Below are positions 1 through 8,330 of a DNA stretch of 32,000 bases, piece after piece; the first letter of the stretch is position 1, and each line of letters opens with the position of its first letter. Origin of the DNA: Archaeoglobus fulgidus DSM 4304 (GTDB taxonomy: Archaea > Halobacteriota > Archaeoglobi > Archaeoglobales > Archaeoglobaceae); the NCBI RefSeq assembly GCF_000008665.1, contig NC_000917.1, positions 570,001-602,000 of the forward strand, read 5' to 3'. The notes beneath the pieces are model-generated. The model did no database searches and was not told the DNA's origin. It saw only the letters and a list, made by a program, of their open reading frames with translations. The position numbers were made by a program, and so were the translations under genes.

Positions 1-1061
1 CCTGCCTCCTCAGTGTAAACCCCCCTGTCGTCAACGGGATTGAAAACCTCCAGTCCCTTCTCCACTCCAAGCTCATAGTCCTCAACACCGTGCCCCGGAG
101 CAATGTGGACACAGCCCGTGTTTTCAGCAGTGACGAAGTCAGCAAAGAAAACCTGATGCTTCCAGTTCTTCTGCAACGGCACTTCATCGGCAAGGGGGTG
201 CTCGTACTCCAGACCCTCTAAATCCTCTCCGAGGTAGGTTTCAACCACCTCCCAGCTGTCGTAGTCTCCCTTTCCCAATACGGAGTCGGCAAGCTCCTTT
301 GCGAGGATTAAATATTCAACCTTCCCGTCCTTAACCGCCCTGAACTTTGCGTACTCAAGTGATGGATGAACGGCAACGGCCATGTTGGCTGGAAGTGTCC
401 AGGGCGTGGTGGTCCAGATGACGATGTAGGTGTCCTTCTCCCCCTTTACGGGGAACTTGACGTAGATTGAGGGGTCCTCCTCATCCCAGTACTCCACCTC
501 AGCATCAGCCAGTGCCGTTTCACAGCGGTGGCACCAGTTAACAACCATCTTCTTCCTCTCAAGCAGCCCCCTCTCGTGAGCCCTCTTGATCGCAAACCAC
601 GCAGCGTTCATGTACTCAGCCTTGATGGTCATGTAGGGATTCTCCCAGTCCATCCAGACTGCGAGGCTCTTGAACTGCTCCGTCATGGCGTCTTTGTTGG
701 CCAGAGCGTAGTTCATGCACCTCTCGATGAACTTATCAATTCCAAAACTCTCAATGTCCCTCTTTGTTCTGAATCCAAGCTCCTGCTCCACCTTAACTTC
801 AATTGGCAAACCATGCATGTCCCAGCCCGGAGTGTCTGTGGGAGCAAAGCCCATCATCCTCTTGTAGCGCAGAATGGTATCCTTCAGAACTTTATTCCAC
901 GCAGTTCCCAGATGAATCCTTCCTGTTGTGTAGGGTGGGCCATCAACGAAGTAAAACTTTCTTCCACCTTTCTCCTTAACTTTTCTGTAGATGTCATTAT
1001 CCTCCCAGAACTTGAAAATTTCAGATTCCACATCCTTCGGTGAGTATTTAGCGGGAAGCAT
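1..1061 (-). CDS. ileS: Isoleucyl-tRNA synthetase, N-terminal ~353 codons (gene continues beyond window start)
   Basis: My own translation of the minus strand from the ATG at 1061-1059 gives MLPAKYSPKDVESEIFKFWEDNDIYRKV...FYFVDGPPYTTGRIHLGTAWNKVLKDTILRYKRMMGF...PGWDMHGLPIEVKVEQ...WCHRCETALADAEVEY. It contains the class Ia HIGH-type motif and the GWDxHGLPIE block typical of IleRS. The frame stays open to the window edge. It is absent from the ORF track only because it is truncated. Confidence 0.9.
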   Translation of the reverse strand, partial: MLPAKYSPKDVESEIFKFWEDNDIYRKVKEKGGRKFYFVDGPPYTTGRIHLGTAWNKVLKDTILRYKRMMGFAPTDTPGWDMHGLPIEVKVEQELGFRTKRDIESFGIDKFIERCMNYALANKDAMTEQFKSLAVWMDWENPYMTIKAEYMNAAWFAIKRAHERGLLERKKMVVNWCHRCETALADAEVEYWDEEDPSIYVKFPVKGEKDTYIVIWTTTPWTLPANMAVAVHPSLEYAKFRAVKDGKVEYLILAKELADSVLGKGDYDSWEVVETYLGEDLEGLEYEHPLADEVPLQKNWKHQVFFADFVTAENTGCVHIAPGHGVEDYELGVEKGLEVFNPVDDRGVYTEEA

Positions 1062-1234
1062 GAAACCTGAACAGCCGGTGGATTAAAAAAGTTATCAGCT
1101 TTCCTTTCCGGAATTTTGACATGCAAAAGCATATACCATCATGGTGGGGCAGCAAAAATTAGGAGGGATAGTAGGCTGAAAAATAAGGGTTTACATGACA
1201 ATTAAAGTTTAATACCTTCCCTCACTCTCCCTCC

Positions 1235-2161
1235 ATGGACGCTGTAATCTATGGCTTCGGGCCGATAGGAAGGCTGATTGCTGAATGCTGTGCCAAGAGA
1301 GGAATAAACGTCGTTGGAGCTGTTGACATCAATCCAGAGCTGAAGGGGAGGAAGTTGAGTGAATTCGGAATTCAGTCTGACGGCGTAATCAGCGACAGGC
1401 TGGAATTTGAAGGAGACGTTGCCTTCCTCTGCACTGGCTCCTACCTCGACAGAGTTTATCCCCAAATCGAGGAGTGCCTGAGAAAAGGATTCAACGTTAT
1501 AAGCACCTGCGAAACCCTCAGCTATCCCGGCTATCGCTATCCTGAGCTTGCTGAAAAAATCAACAGCCTTGCGGTCGAGAATGGAAAAACTGTCCTTGGA
1601 ACGGGCATAAACCCCGGCTTCCTCCTTGATGCGCTGGTGGTTTTCCTCTCCGCCCCCTTCACGGAAGTTGAGAGGATAAAGGCTGTAAGGTGCATTGATA
1701 CGTTGAAGAGGAGAGAGCCCTTCCAGAAGAAGGTGGGAATTGGCCTGAAACTTGAGGATGCAGAGGAGAAGCTTGAGAAGGGGGAGATTACCGGGCATGT
1801 TGGCTATGCGGAGTCTGTGCTTCTAATCAGTGAGGCCCTTAACTTCTCTCCTGACGAGGTAAGGGAGGGGCAGAAATTTGTGCATGATAGCGGAGAGGTT
1901 CTTGGAGCCATAGGCTACGGAAGTGCTTTGAAAAATGGGGAGGAGAAGATAAGGATTGAATTCCACGCCTACGCCAATGCAGAAGAATACGAGAGAATTG
2001 AAATTTATGGCGACAATAGCATCATCTGGACGTCAACGGGAACAAAGGGCGACCTTGGAACAGCTTCAGTTGCAGTCAACCTTGCAGAGGCTGTTGTTAA
2101 AAGCGAGGCAGGCCTCAAAACAATGGTTGACCTGATACCCTTCAGGGGAAAAATAAGGTAA
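1235..2161 (+). CDS. NAD(P)-dependent oxidoreductase, DapB-N-domain / amine (2,4-diaminopentanoate-type) dehydrogenase-like
   Basis: 308-aa ORF starting at the ATG at 1235. It has an N-terminal Rossmann motif, IYGFGPIGRLIAE. A TATA-like sequence, TTAAAGTTTAATA, lies about 25 nt upstream. The family call is from general resemblance only. Confidence 0.65.
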   Translation: MDAVIYGFGPIGRLIAECCAKRGINVVGAVDINPELKGRKLSEFGIQSDGVISDRLEFEGDVAFLCTGSYLDRVYPQIEECLRKGFNVISTCETLSYPGYRYPELAEKINSLAVENGKTVLGTGINPGFLLDALVVFLSAPFTEVERIKAVRCIDTLKRREPFQKKVGIGLKLEDAEEKLEKGEITGHVGYAESVLLISEALNFSPDEVREGQKFVHDSGEVLGAIGYGSALKNGEEKIRIEFHAYANAEEYERIEIYGDNSIIWTSTGTKGDLGTASVAVNLAEAVVKSEAGLKTMVDLIPFRGKIR

Positions 2162-2165
2162 AAAA

Positions 2166-3158
2166 TTACTGGAGCAATCCCTTTTCTTTATAGTACTTCT
2201 CTGCTCCGGGATGCAGCGGGATTGGCATGCCCTCAAGGGCAGTTTCGAGTGTTATGTCTGCAGCCCTCTTGTGTGCAGCCTCAAGAATATCTCTGTGCTC
2301 GAATATTGCCTTGGTAACCTCGTAAACGAGGTCCTCTGGCAAATCAGCGTTGGTGGCGAGCATTGCAAGGACTGCTACAGTCTTAACGTCCTCGTCAACA
2401 CCCGGATAGGTTCCTGCTGGAATGGTAACCTGAGTGTAGAAGGGATACTGCTCCTTCAGCTTCTGGTAAATCTCGTCCGGAACTTCGACAATCGCCACCT
2501 CTCTGACTGCAGCAACATCGCTGACGGCAGAGGTTGGGATTCCCGCAACGATGAATCCGGCATCAATGGTTCTGTCCTTGAGGGCATCGGCAACCTCCTT
2601 GAAGTCGAGATACCTGATGTCTGTGTTGCTCTCATCAATGCCTGCTGCATTCAGAATCTGCAGTGCATCAACTGCCGTTCCAGAGCCGGGAGCACCAACA
2701 GCAACCTTCTTGCCCTTCAGGTCGTAAACGGTCTTAATTCCGCTCTCCTTTAGCGTCACAATCTGGATGATTTCTGGGTAGAGTGTTGCAACGCCTCTCA
2801 GCTTGTCAATCTTGTTGTCCTTGAACATCTCGATTCCATTGTAGGCGTAGTAGGCAACATCGTTCTGCATAAGTCCAAACTCAGCCTCACCGGCTCCAAC
2901 CTTTCTCGCATTGACGACTGAGGCCCCGCTCGTCACAGCAGTTGCCTTAATGCCGGGAGCGAACTCAGTTATGGCCTGGGCCATCGCTCCTCCGATTGGG
3001 TAGTAAGTTCCCGCAGAACCGCCTGTAAGAATAGTTACCTCTCTCACCTCAGCCACCGTAGTTGTTGCCGCCGGAGTTGTCGTTTTCTCCTCACTTGGCT
3101 GCTGTGCGCATCCCAAAATCAGGGCTGCAAGAAACAGAACAGCCACAATCTTTTTCAT
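2166..3158 (-). CDS. TAXI-family TRAP transporter solute receptor (lipoprotein)
   Basis: 330-aa ORF. The N-terminal signal carries a lipobox (LILGC) followed by a Thr-rich linker. TAXI hallmarks are present: LTGGSAGTYYPIGGA, YDLKGKKVAVGAPGSGT and GMPIPLHPGAEKYYKEKG. Its ATG overlaps the permease stop codon (ATGA at 3155-3158). Confidence 0.9.
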   Translation of the reverse strand: MKKIVAVLFLAALILGCAQQPSEEKTTTPAATTTVAEVREVTILTGGSAGTYYPIGGAMAQAITEFAPGIKATAVTSGASVVNARKVGAGEAEFGLMQNDVAYYAYNGIEMFKDNKIDKLRGVATLYPEIIQIVTLKESGIKTVYDLKGKKVAVGAPGSGTAVDALQILNAAGIDESNTDIRYLDFKEVADALKDRTIDAGFIVAGIPTSAVSDVAAVREVAIVEVPDEIYQKLKEQYPFYTQVTIPAGTYPGVDEDVKTVAVLAMLATNADLPEDLVYEVTKAIFEHRDILEAAHKRAADITLETALEGMPIPLHPGAEKYYKEKGLLQ

Positions 3159-5194
3159 TCTACCACCTCATTATGAAGACTGTATTGCTGTTTTAAAAAT
3201 ATTATTGTGAAAACCACTAAACCCACAACCTTTGCAGTCCAGTCGGGGAAGAGTAGCAAAGCCCCAGCAGCTATTGCAATAAGGCGGTAAGCTTTGCTTA
3301 AAGGCTTGGTTATGCAACCTATGGTGCCCGCATTTATCGCCATTATTCCAAGCATTACCGTAGCAAGTAGAATTAGAAGATTAAAAACGTCAGCGGGAGT
3401 TTTAACGCCTATGAGCAGCAAAGCTGGAGAGAAGATGAAGAGGTAGGGGACGAGGTACTTCCCTATCCCTATTTTAACGGCATTGATTCCCGTTTTCCAT
3501 GGATCACCGCCAGCAATTGCGGAACCGGCGTAAGCTGCGAGGGCTACTGGCGGTGTGAGGTCGGCGGCTACTCCAAAGTAGAAAACAAACATGTGGGCTG
3601 GGAGAACAAGCTCTGGATAGGTTTCGAGGAACTCTCTCACTGGCATCCCGTAGCCCTGCGCCATGAAAGTAATAATGGCTGGAGCGGCAATTGTGCTGGT
3701 GATGATGTAGTTTGCCGTTGTAGGCACACCCATTCCAAGAATTAGGGAGACGAGCATTGTTAGGGCAAGTATTATGGGCAGGTAGCCGTGAGAGAGGGCT
3801 ATGGCAGCAGCAGCGATTTTGAATCCCAAGCCAGTTAGAGTTACAACCCCCACGATGATTCCTGCCGAAGCGCATGCCATCGCAACGGTTGTTGCACTCC
3901 TCCCACCGTGCTCTAAGGCTGAGAGGATGTTGAGAATGGAACCCTTCAGGACTTTACCAAGCGGTTCCCTTTGCTCTGCAGGCTTTCTGTAGTTCATTAT
4001 CAGCGGTTTCAGAATCATTATGGCTATAACCGCATAAATGGAGTAAACTCCAGCAAGAATTGGCGTGTAGCCGCTGACCAGCATGTAGATGATTATGAAG
4101 AGTGGGACGAGGTAGTACCATCCCCCCTTCAAAACCTGAAGGGGTGAGGGGAGCTCTTCTCTGCTCAATCCCCTCAGGTTCTCCTTTCTCGCCTCAAAGT
4201 CCACTGCAGAGAAAACACCAAAGAAGTAGAGGAAGGCTGGGATGATTGCCGCATAAACGATGTTTATGTAGGGCATTCCAACGAACTCGGCCATTATGAA
4301 GGCTGCAGCCCCCATGATGGGCGGCATTATTTGCCCTCCAGTTGATGCAGCGGGCTCCACCGCACCTGCAAACTCTGGCTTATACCCAACCCTCTTCATC
4401 AGCGGGATGGTGAATGCCCCCGTTGTGACCGTGTTGGCAACGGAGCTTCCAGAAATCGTTCCCATGAGGGCTGACGACACAACCGCAGCCTTCGCAGGCC
4501 CTCCAACCATCCAGCCAGTTAAGGAGTAGGCGAGGTCTATGAAGAACCTACCCGCCCCTGACCTTTCAAGGAATGCGCCAAAAATAACGAAAAGGACTAC
4601 GAAGCTCGAAGAAACGGCAATGGGTGTGCCAAAAATCCCTTCCTTGGTGTAGTAGAGGTGCTCAAGAATCTGCTTCCAGTCGTAGGAGGGGTGGGAAAGA
4701 ACACCCGGCAGCGAGGCACCAAACTTGGCGTAGAGGATGAAGATTATCGCAACAACCACGAGAGCAGGATTGACCACTCTCCTCGTCGCCTCAAGGACGA
4801 ATATAACAGCGAGAACTGCTATGAAAAAATCGAAGGGAGTGTAGCCGATGGCAGCCCTGAAGAGCAGTTCCTTGTAGTTCATCGCCAGATAAAATGCTAC
4901 ATAGAATCCTACCGCTGCGAGAATAAAATCGTAAAAGGGGATCTTTGTTTCAGTTCTCTTCTTTGAGAGGGGGTAAATCAGGAAGGCGAGGGCTATGGCA
5001 AAGGCGAGGTGGACAGATTTAACGATGTCGTGCTGAAGCAACCCGGTAAAGGAGCCGTTGATGACGTGAAAGGTTGAGAATACAATTGCCACGGCAGAAA
5101 CTATCAACGCATATCTCCCCTTCAAATCGCGCTCGTGAAGGAACTTCTTCTCAAGCTCTGTCACGTCCACCTCCGCCTCACCCATCAGCACCAC
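3155..5194 (-). CDS. TRAP transporter fused (small+large) permease, TAXI type
   Basis: 679-aa polytopic membrane ORF of the size and composition typical for fused DctQM-like TAXI permeases. The track start at 5194 is GTG. An in-frame ATG at 5185 overlaps the upstream gene's TGA by 1 nt and is an equally good start. Confidence 0.88.
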   Translation of the reverse strand: MVLMGEAEVDVTELEKKFLHERDLKGRYALIVSAVAIVFSTFHVINGSFTGLLQHDIVKSVHLAFAIALAFLIYPLSKKRTETKIPFYDFILAAVGFYVAFYLAMNYKELLFRAAIGYTPFDFFIAVLAVIFVLEATRRVVNPALVVVAIIFILYAKFGASLPGVLSHPSYDWKQILEHLYYTKEGIFGTPIAVSSSFVVLFVIFGAFLERSGAGRFFIDLAYSLTGWMVGGPAKAAVVSSALMGTISGSSVANTVTTGAFTIPLMKRVGYKPEFAGAVEPAASTGGQIMPPIMGAAAFIMAEFVGMPYINIVYAAIIPAFLYFFGVFSAVDFEARKENLRGLSREELPSPLQVLKGGWYYLVPLFIIIYMLVSGYTPILAGVYSIYAVIAIMILKPLIMNYRKPAEQREPLGKVLKGSILNILSALEHGGRSATTVAMACASAGIIVGVVTLTGLGFKIAAAAIALSHGYLPIILALTMLVSLILGMGVPTTANYIITSTIAAPAIITFMAQGYGMPVREFLETYPELVLPAHMFVFYFGVAADLTPPVALAAYAGSAIAGGDPWKTGINAVKIGIGKYLVPYLFIFSPALLLIGVKTPADVFNLLILLATVMLGIMAINAGTIGCITKPLSKAYRLIAIAAGALLLFPDWTAKVVGLVVFTIIFLKQQYSLHNEVVE

Positions 5195-5643
5195 CTCTGC
5201 AACGCTGCCACCAAGGGGCTAATTCTCACGACCTTTATTTCCAGAGAGCTGCCAAATTTGTCAAGGGAAATGCTCTTCCCATCCACCCCAAGGCTGTAGT
5301 GGTTTAAAGGATTTGTGGAGATTCTTAACACTCCAATGCGTCTTTTAATCGCATACTCAAAGCCCTCATCAGTGGTTGTGAAATTCTCTGTGCTGGGCAG
5401 CCCCCAGCCCGCAGACCTGACGAGAGTTTTGTAGAGGTAAATTTCCCCATTCTGGACATAGAAGAAATCAACCTCCTTTGAAAGCTCCACAGAGTGGATA
5501 AAAGATACAGAGAAGTTTTTAGCTGGAAGTATGCAGCTTTCGCTGCCGGAAATGAGGAGGTAATCATTCTGGTGGGCAAGAGAGAGAAGGATGATGGATG
5601 AAACAGCAAAGATGATTGCAGCAGTTGCAACCAGCTTCCCCAT
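5185..5643 (-). CDS. Small membrane-anchored protein, DUF1850-like (TAXI-TRAP associated)
   Basis: 152-aa ORF with a single N-terminal TM helix (LVATAAIIFAVSSIILLSL). It sits immediately upstream of a TAXI fused permease, which is the usual context of DUF1850 as I recall it. Its start lies 2 nt after the ABC ATPase stop. Confidence 0.65.
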   Translation of the reverse strand: MGKLVATAAIIFAVSSIILLSLAHQNDYLLISGSESCILPAKNFSVSFIHSVELSKEVDFFYVQNGEIYLYKTLVRSAGWGLPSTENFTTTDEGFEYAIKRRIGVLRISTNPLNHYSLGVDGKSISLDKFGSSLEIKVVRISPLVAALQRWC

Positions 5644-5645
5644 GA

Positions 5646-6353
5646 CTAAGGTTTGAGAGCGCTGTAAATTTCTTTCCTCTTCTCAATAAACTCCTCCGAG
5701 TTTCTGTCCCTCGGCTTTTCAATGTCAACCTCAACGATTCTCAGGACTCTTGAAGGTCTCGGGGAGAGCACAACCACTCTGTCAGCCAGATAAACAGCCT
5801 CATCAATGCTGTGGGTAACAAAAACGACCGTTTTTCCCTCAACAATTCTGAGAAGTTCCTCCTGCATCCTCTCCCTCGTTCTCGCGTCGAGGCTGGCAAA
5901 GGGCTCGTCCATGAGCAGAAGGTCGGGATTCACTGCTAAAGCCCTCGCAATCCCCACTCTCTGCCTCATTCCTCCACTGAGCTGCTTTGGGTAGTAGTTC
6001 TCAAACCCCCTCAGCCCCACGGCATCTATAATCTCTCTCACAACTCCACCATCCTCAATCCCCGAAGCTCTCAGGGCGAAGAGAATGTTTCCGTAAACTG
6101 TTTTCCACGGCAGAAGCCTGTCGTCCTGAAAAACGAAGCCCATTCTCGCTCCACCTGCAAACTCCACCCTCCCCCCATCCGGCTTCTCAAGACCCGCTAT
6201 AATCTTGAGAATTGTCGTTTTGCCACACCCACTCTCCCCAATAAGGCAGACAAACTCCCCCTTCTCAACGCTGAAAGTCACCCCGTCAAGAACCCTCAGA
6301 TTTCCGTAGCTTTTCTTCAGCCCCTCTACAATTAGCGCCACGGCATCACCCAC
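5646..6353 (-). CDS. ABC transporter ATP-binding protein, NitT/TauT (SsuB/TauB-like) family
   Basis: Walker A (GESGCGKTT), signature (LSGGMRQR), Walker B (LLLMDEPF) and H-loop (VTHS) are all present. The track start is GTG at 6353 and overlaps the permease 3' end. A later GTG is also possible. Confidence 0.9.
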   Translation of the reverse strand: MGDAVALIVEGLKKSYGNLRVLDGVTFSVEKGEFVCLIGESGCGKTTILKIIAGLEKPDGGRVEFAGGARMGFVFQDDRLLPWKTVYGNILFALRASGIEDGGVVREIIDAVGLRGFENYYPKQLSGGMRQRVGIARALAVNPDLLLMDEPFASLDARTRERMQEELLRIVEGKTVVFVTHSIDEAVYLADRVVVLSPRPSRVLRIVEVDIEKPRDRNSEEFIEKRKEIYSALKP

Positions 6354-7078
6354 CTCTCAGCCCTCAGAAGCAGCCAGTTCATCATGTACCCAATAATTCC
6401 AATCATCGCCATGCCCGCAACAATTTCAGCAGTCCTCCCGCCAACATTGTACATTACCATAATGAAGTAACCCAAGCCCTCTCCGGAGGTAGCAATCATC
6501 TCTGCTGCAATGATGCTCATCCATCCCACACCGAGACCAATTCTGACACCGCTCATAATCCCCTGCAGGGAGTGTGGTACGACTATGTCCGTGATTATTA
6601 GCCTTTCAGGAGCCTTGAAGACCTCGGCCATCTCCAAAAGCTCCTCCGGGACATTTCTTGCGTAGTCAAAAACGGAGATGAAGCAGGGGAAGAAAGCTCC
6701 AACAAAGACTATGAAAATCTGGGAAACTTCAACGGTATTGGGCAGTGGAGCAAAGATTATGTAGGCGAGCGGAATCCAAGCCAAGGGGGGTATGGGGCGC
6801 AAAGCCTCAACTGCGGGTGCAATAAACTCCATAAGCGTTCTGTTCCACCCCGAAATTATTCCGAGAGGTACTGCAATAGAGAAGGCAAGAAAAGAGGCCG
6901 CAAGAACTCTGAAAAGACTCGCAACAGCGTGCTGAACGAGGGTCTTGCCAAGAACCGGCTCTGGGTTAACAAGCAGCGTGAAAAAAACCTCCGCAACCTC
7001 GTGGGGGTGGGGGAGGTCGGTTAGGGCGGAAATCAGATACCAGGAAAAAATGAGTACAAACGCTCCCTTCAGCCTCAT
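6332..7078 (-). CDS. ABC transporter permease, SsuC/TauC-like
   Basis: 248-aa ORF with about 6 TM segments and an EAA-like loop (EMAEVFKAPERLIITDIVVPHSLQGIMSGVRIGLGVGW). Its ATG overlaps the binding-protein stop (ATGA at 7075-7078). Confidence 0.9.
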   Translation of the reverse strand: MRLKGAFVLIFSWYLISALTDLPHPHEVAEVFFTLLVNPEPVLGKTLVQHAVASLFRVLAASFLAFSIAVPLGIISGWNRTLMEFIAPAVEALRPIPPLAWIPLAYIIFAPLPNTVEVSQIFIVFVGAFFPCFISVFDYARNVPEELLEMAEVFKAPERLIITDIVVPHSLQGIMSGVRIGLGVGWMSIIAAEMIATSGEGLGYFIMVMYNVGGRTAEIVAGMAMIGIIGYMMNWLLLRAERWVMPWR

Positions 7079-8082
7079 GTCGTTATCTCCAGCCCCGCCT
7101 TTTCAGCTGCCATTCTGAGCAGAAAGTCCTGAACTGTTCCAAAGCCCGGAATGGCAACCTTCTTCCCTGCAAGCTCTTCTATGCTGCTGGCACTCCTCGC
7201 AACAATAGCCGAGCCCTCGCTGTTCGCCCCCGCAATTATGCTAATTCTGACGTCATCGTTTACTCTCTTCAGTGTTGCAGGAGCCCCTCCAAGATAGCCC
7301 GCGTCGATTTCCCCGTTCTTGAATCCCTCCATCTCCACAACACCGTTGGCAAACTCCTTTGCCTCAACCTTCAGCCCCACCTGGTCGTAGTAGCCCTCCT
7401 TCATCGCCACGTAGAAGGCGAGCTGGTGGAGGTCAGCTGTGAGATACCCCATTCTCACACTCCTGTTCACCTTTTCCGGAATCCAGCTCTCGTTTTCTGC
7501 AAGCTTGCTGACAACGTAGTCATAGACATCCCTGTAAAGAAAATCGCGGAGGAACTCATCCTCACTTTTGTAACCAAGCTCTCCAACATCCTTCTTGAGG
7601 TAACCACCCTTTTTGAGGTTTTCGTAGTACTTCACGAACTCCCCTTCATCAGGATACTCGATGAACTTGATTCTCGTCAATGCTTCTTCCACGACCTCCT
7701 TGCTTTTTCCCGTAAACTCCATTGCGTACTGTAAAACCTTTTCCCTGTTCTCAGGGTCGTTTATGAACCTGGTTGCCTTCACATGTGCCCAGACGATTGC
7801 TGTAACTACTGCCCTATCATCTTTTTCAGCAGTTGCAACGACGCAGCACGGATGATTCGGCCATATGTCGGCAGAAGTTGTTATTATTTTACCGTATCCT
7901 TTAACAACCGCCTCACTAACGAAAGGCTCCCAGGCTACGAAGGCGTCAATTTCTCCGAGCTTCAGCTGCTCAACCATATCCCTGGGAGACATCGTGACCA
8001 CTTTCACCTTCTTGTCCTCAACCTGTGAGCATCCGGAAAGCATGATTGCCGAGGCTAGCAGCAGAATCAGCAACCTCTTCAT
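7075..8082 (-). CDS. ABC substrate-binding lipoprotein, NMT1/THI5-SsuA-like, apparently circularly permuted
   Basis: I place the start at the ATG at 8082, giving MKRLLILLLASAIMLSGC, a signal peptide plus lipobox. The 24-codon upstream extension in the track runs into the IS terminal repeat. Family motifs are present (GEIDAFVAWEPF, NHPCC, VRMGYL, LAGKKVAIPGFG) but in non-canonical order. Confidence 0.85.
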   Translation of the reverse strand: MKRLLILLLASAIMLSGCSQVEDKKVKVVTMSPRDMVEQLKLGEIDAFVAWEPFVSEAVVKGYGKIITTSADIWPNHPCCVVATAEKDDRAVVTAIVWAHVKATRFINDPENREKVLQYAMEFTGKSKEVVEEALTRIKFIEYPDEGEFVKYYENLKKGGYLKKDVGELGYKSEDEFLRDFLYRDVYDYVVSKLAENESWIPEKVNRSVRMGYLTADLHQLAFYVAMKEGYYDQVGLKVEAKEFANGVVEMEGFKNGEIDAGYLGGAPATLKRVNDDVRISIIAGANSEGSAIVARSASSIEELAGKKVAIPGFGTVQDFLLRMAAEKAGLEITT

Positions 8083-8091
8083 AAAATGCGT

Positions 8092-8100
8092 GGAGGAAGC
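8092..8100. repeat. Target-site duplication, left copy (GGAGGAAGC)
   Basis: An identical 9-mer directly abuts both ends of the 1214-bp element, at 8092-8100 and 9315-9323. Confidence 0.8.
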
Positions 8101-8117
8101 GGTTTTGGGACAAAATT
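8101..8117. repeat. IS left terminal inverted repeat
   Basis: GGTTTTGGGACAAAATT matches the reverse complement of 9298-9314 at 15 of 17 positions. Confidence 0.8.
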
Positions 8118-8120
8118 CCT

Positions 8121-8294
8121 TTAATCCCTGACAACAATCACATACGCTCTCCACCCAATATACCTCTTGGGCACATCAACCTTTGCTGAATTACCGAAAG
8201 GCGTGACTCTCTTCTCGAAAACAACCTCAACCTCCTCTTTCAGAACAAAATCTCCCTTCTTCACTTCAACCCTCCTCATGTTAAGTATATCCAT
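8121..8294 (-). CDS. Small IS-encoded protein, DUF2080-like (transposon-associated)
   Basis: 57 aa from the ATG at 8294, with an alternative ATG at 8279: MDILNMRRVEVKKGDFVLKEEVEVVFEKRVTPFGNSAKVDVPKRYIGWRAYVIVVRD. The FGNSAKVDVPKRYIG..V.VV pattern matches what I recall of archaeal transposon-associated DUF2080 proteins. The upstream part of the 136-aa track ORF crosses the divergent promoter and the transposase 5' end, so I discount it. Confidence 0.6.
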   Translation of the reverse strand: MDILNMRRVEVKKGDFVLKEEVEVVFEKRVTPFGNSAKVDVPKRYIGWRAYVIVVRD

Positions 8295-8330
8295 AGAAAT
8301 ACTTAAATACTTTTTGGTTGGAATCAGAAC

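Noticed and set aside
528-1043. 171-aa plus-strand ORF in the track
   Set aside because: It lies entirely antisense to the well-supported ileS reading frame. It has no recognisable motifs. It is a shadow ORF.
1202-1798. 198-aa minus-strand ORF
   Set aside because: It is antisense to the Rossmann-fold oxidoreductase gene, whose frame has clear motifs and a sensible promoter. It is a shadow ORF.
8083-8154. 24-codon N-terminal extension of the binding-protein ORF (MESVCDCCQGLKEFCPKTASSTHF)
   Set aside because: The extension reads across the target duplication into the IS terminal repeat. The ATG at 8082 gives a canonical signal peptide plus lipobox.
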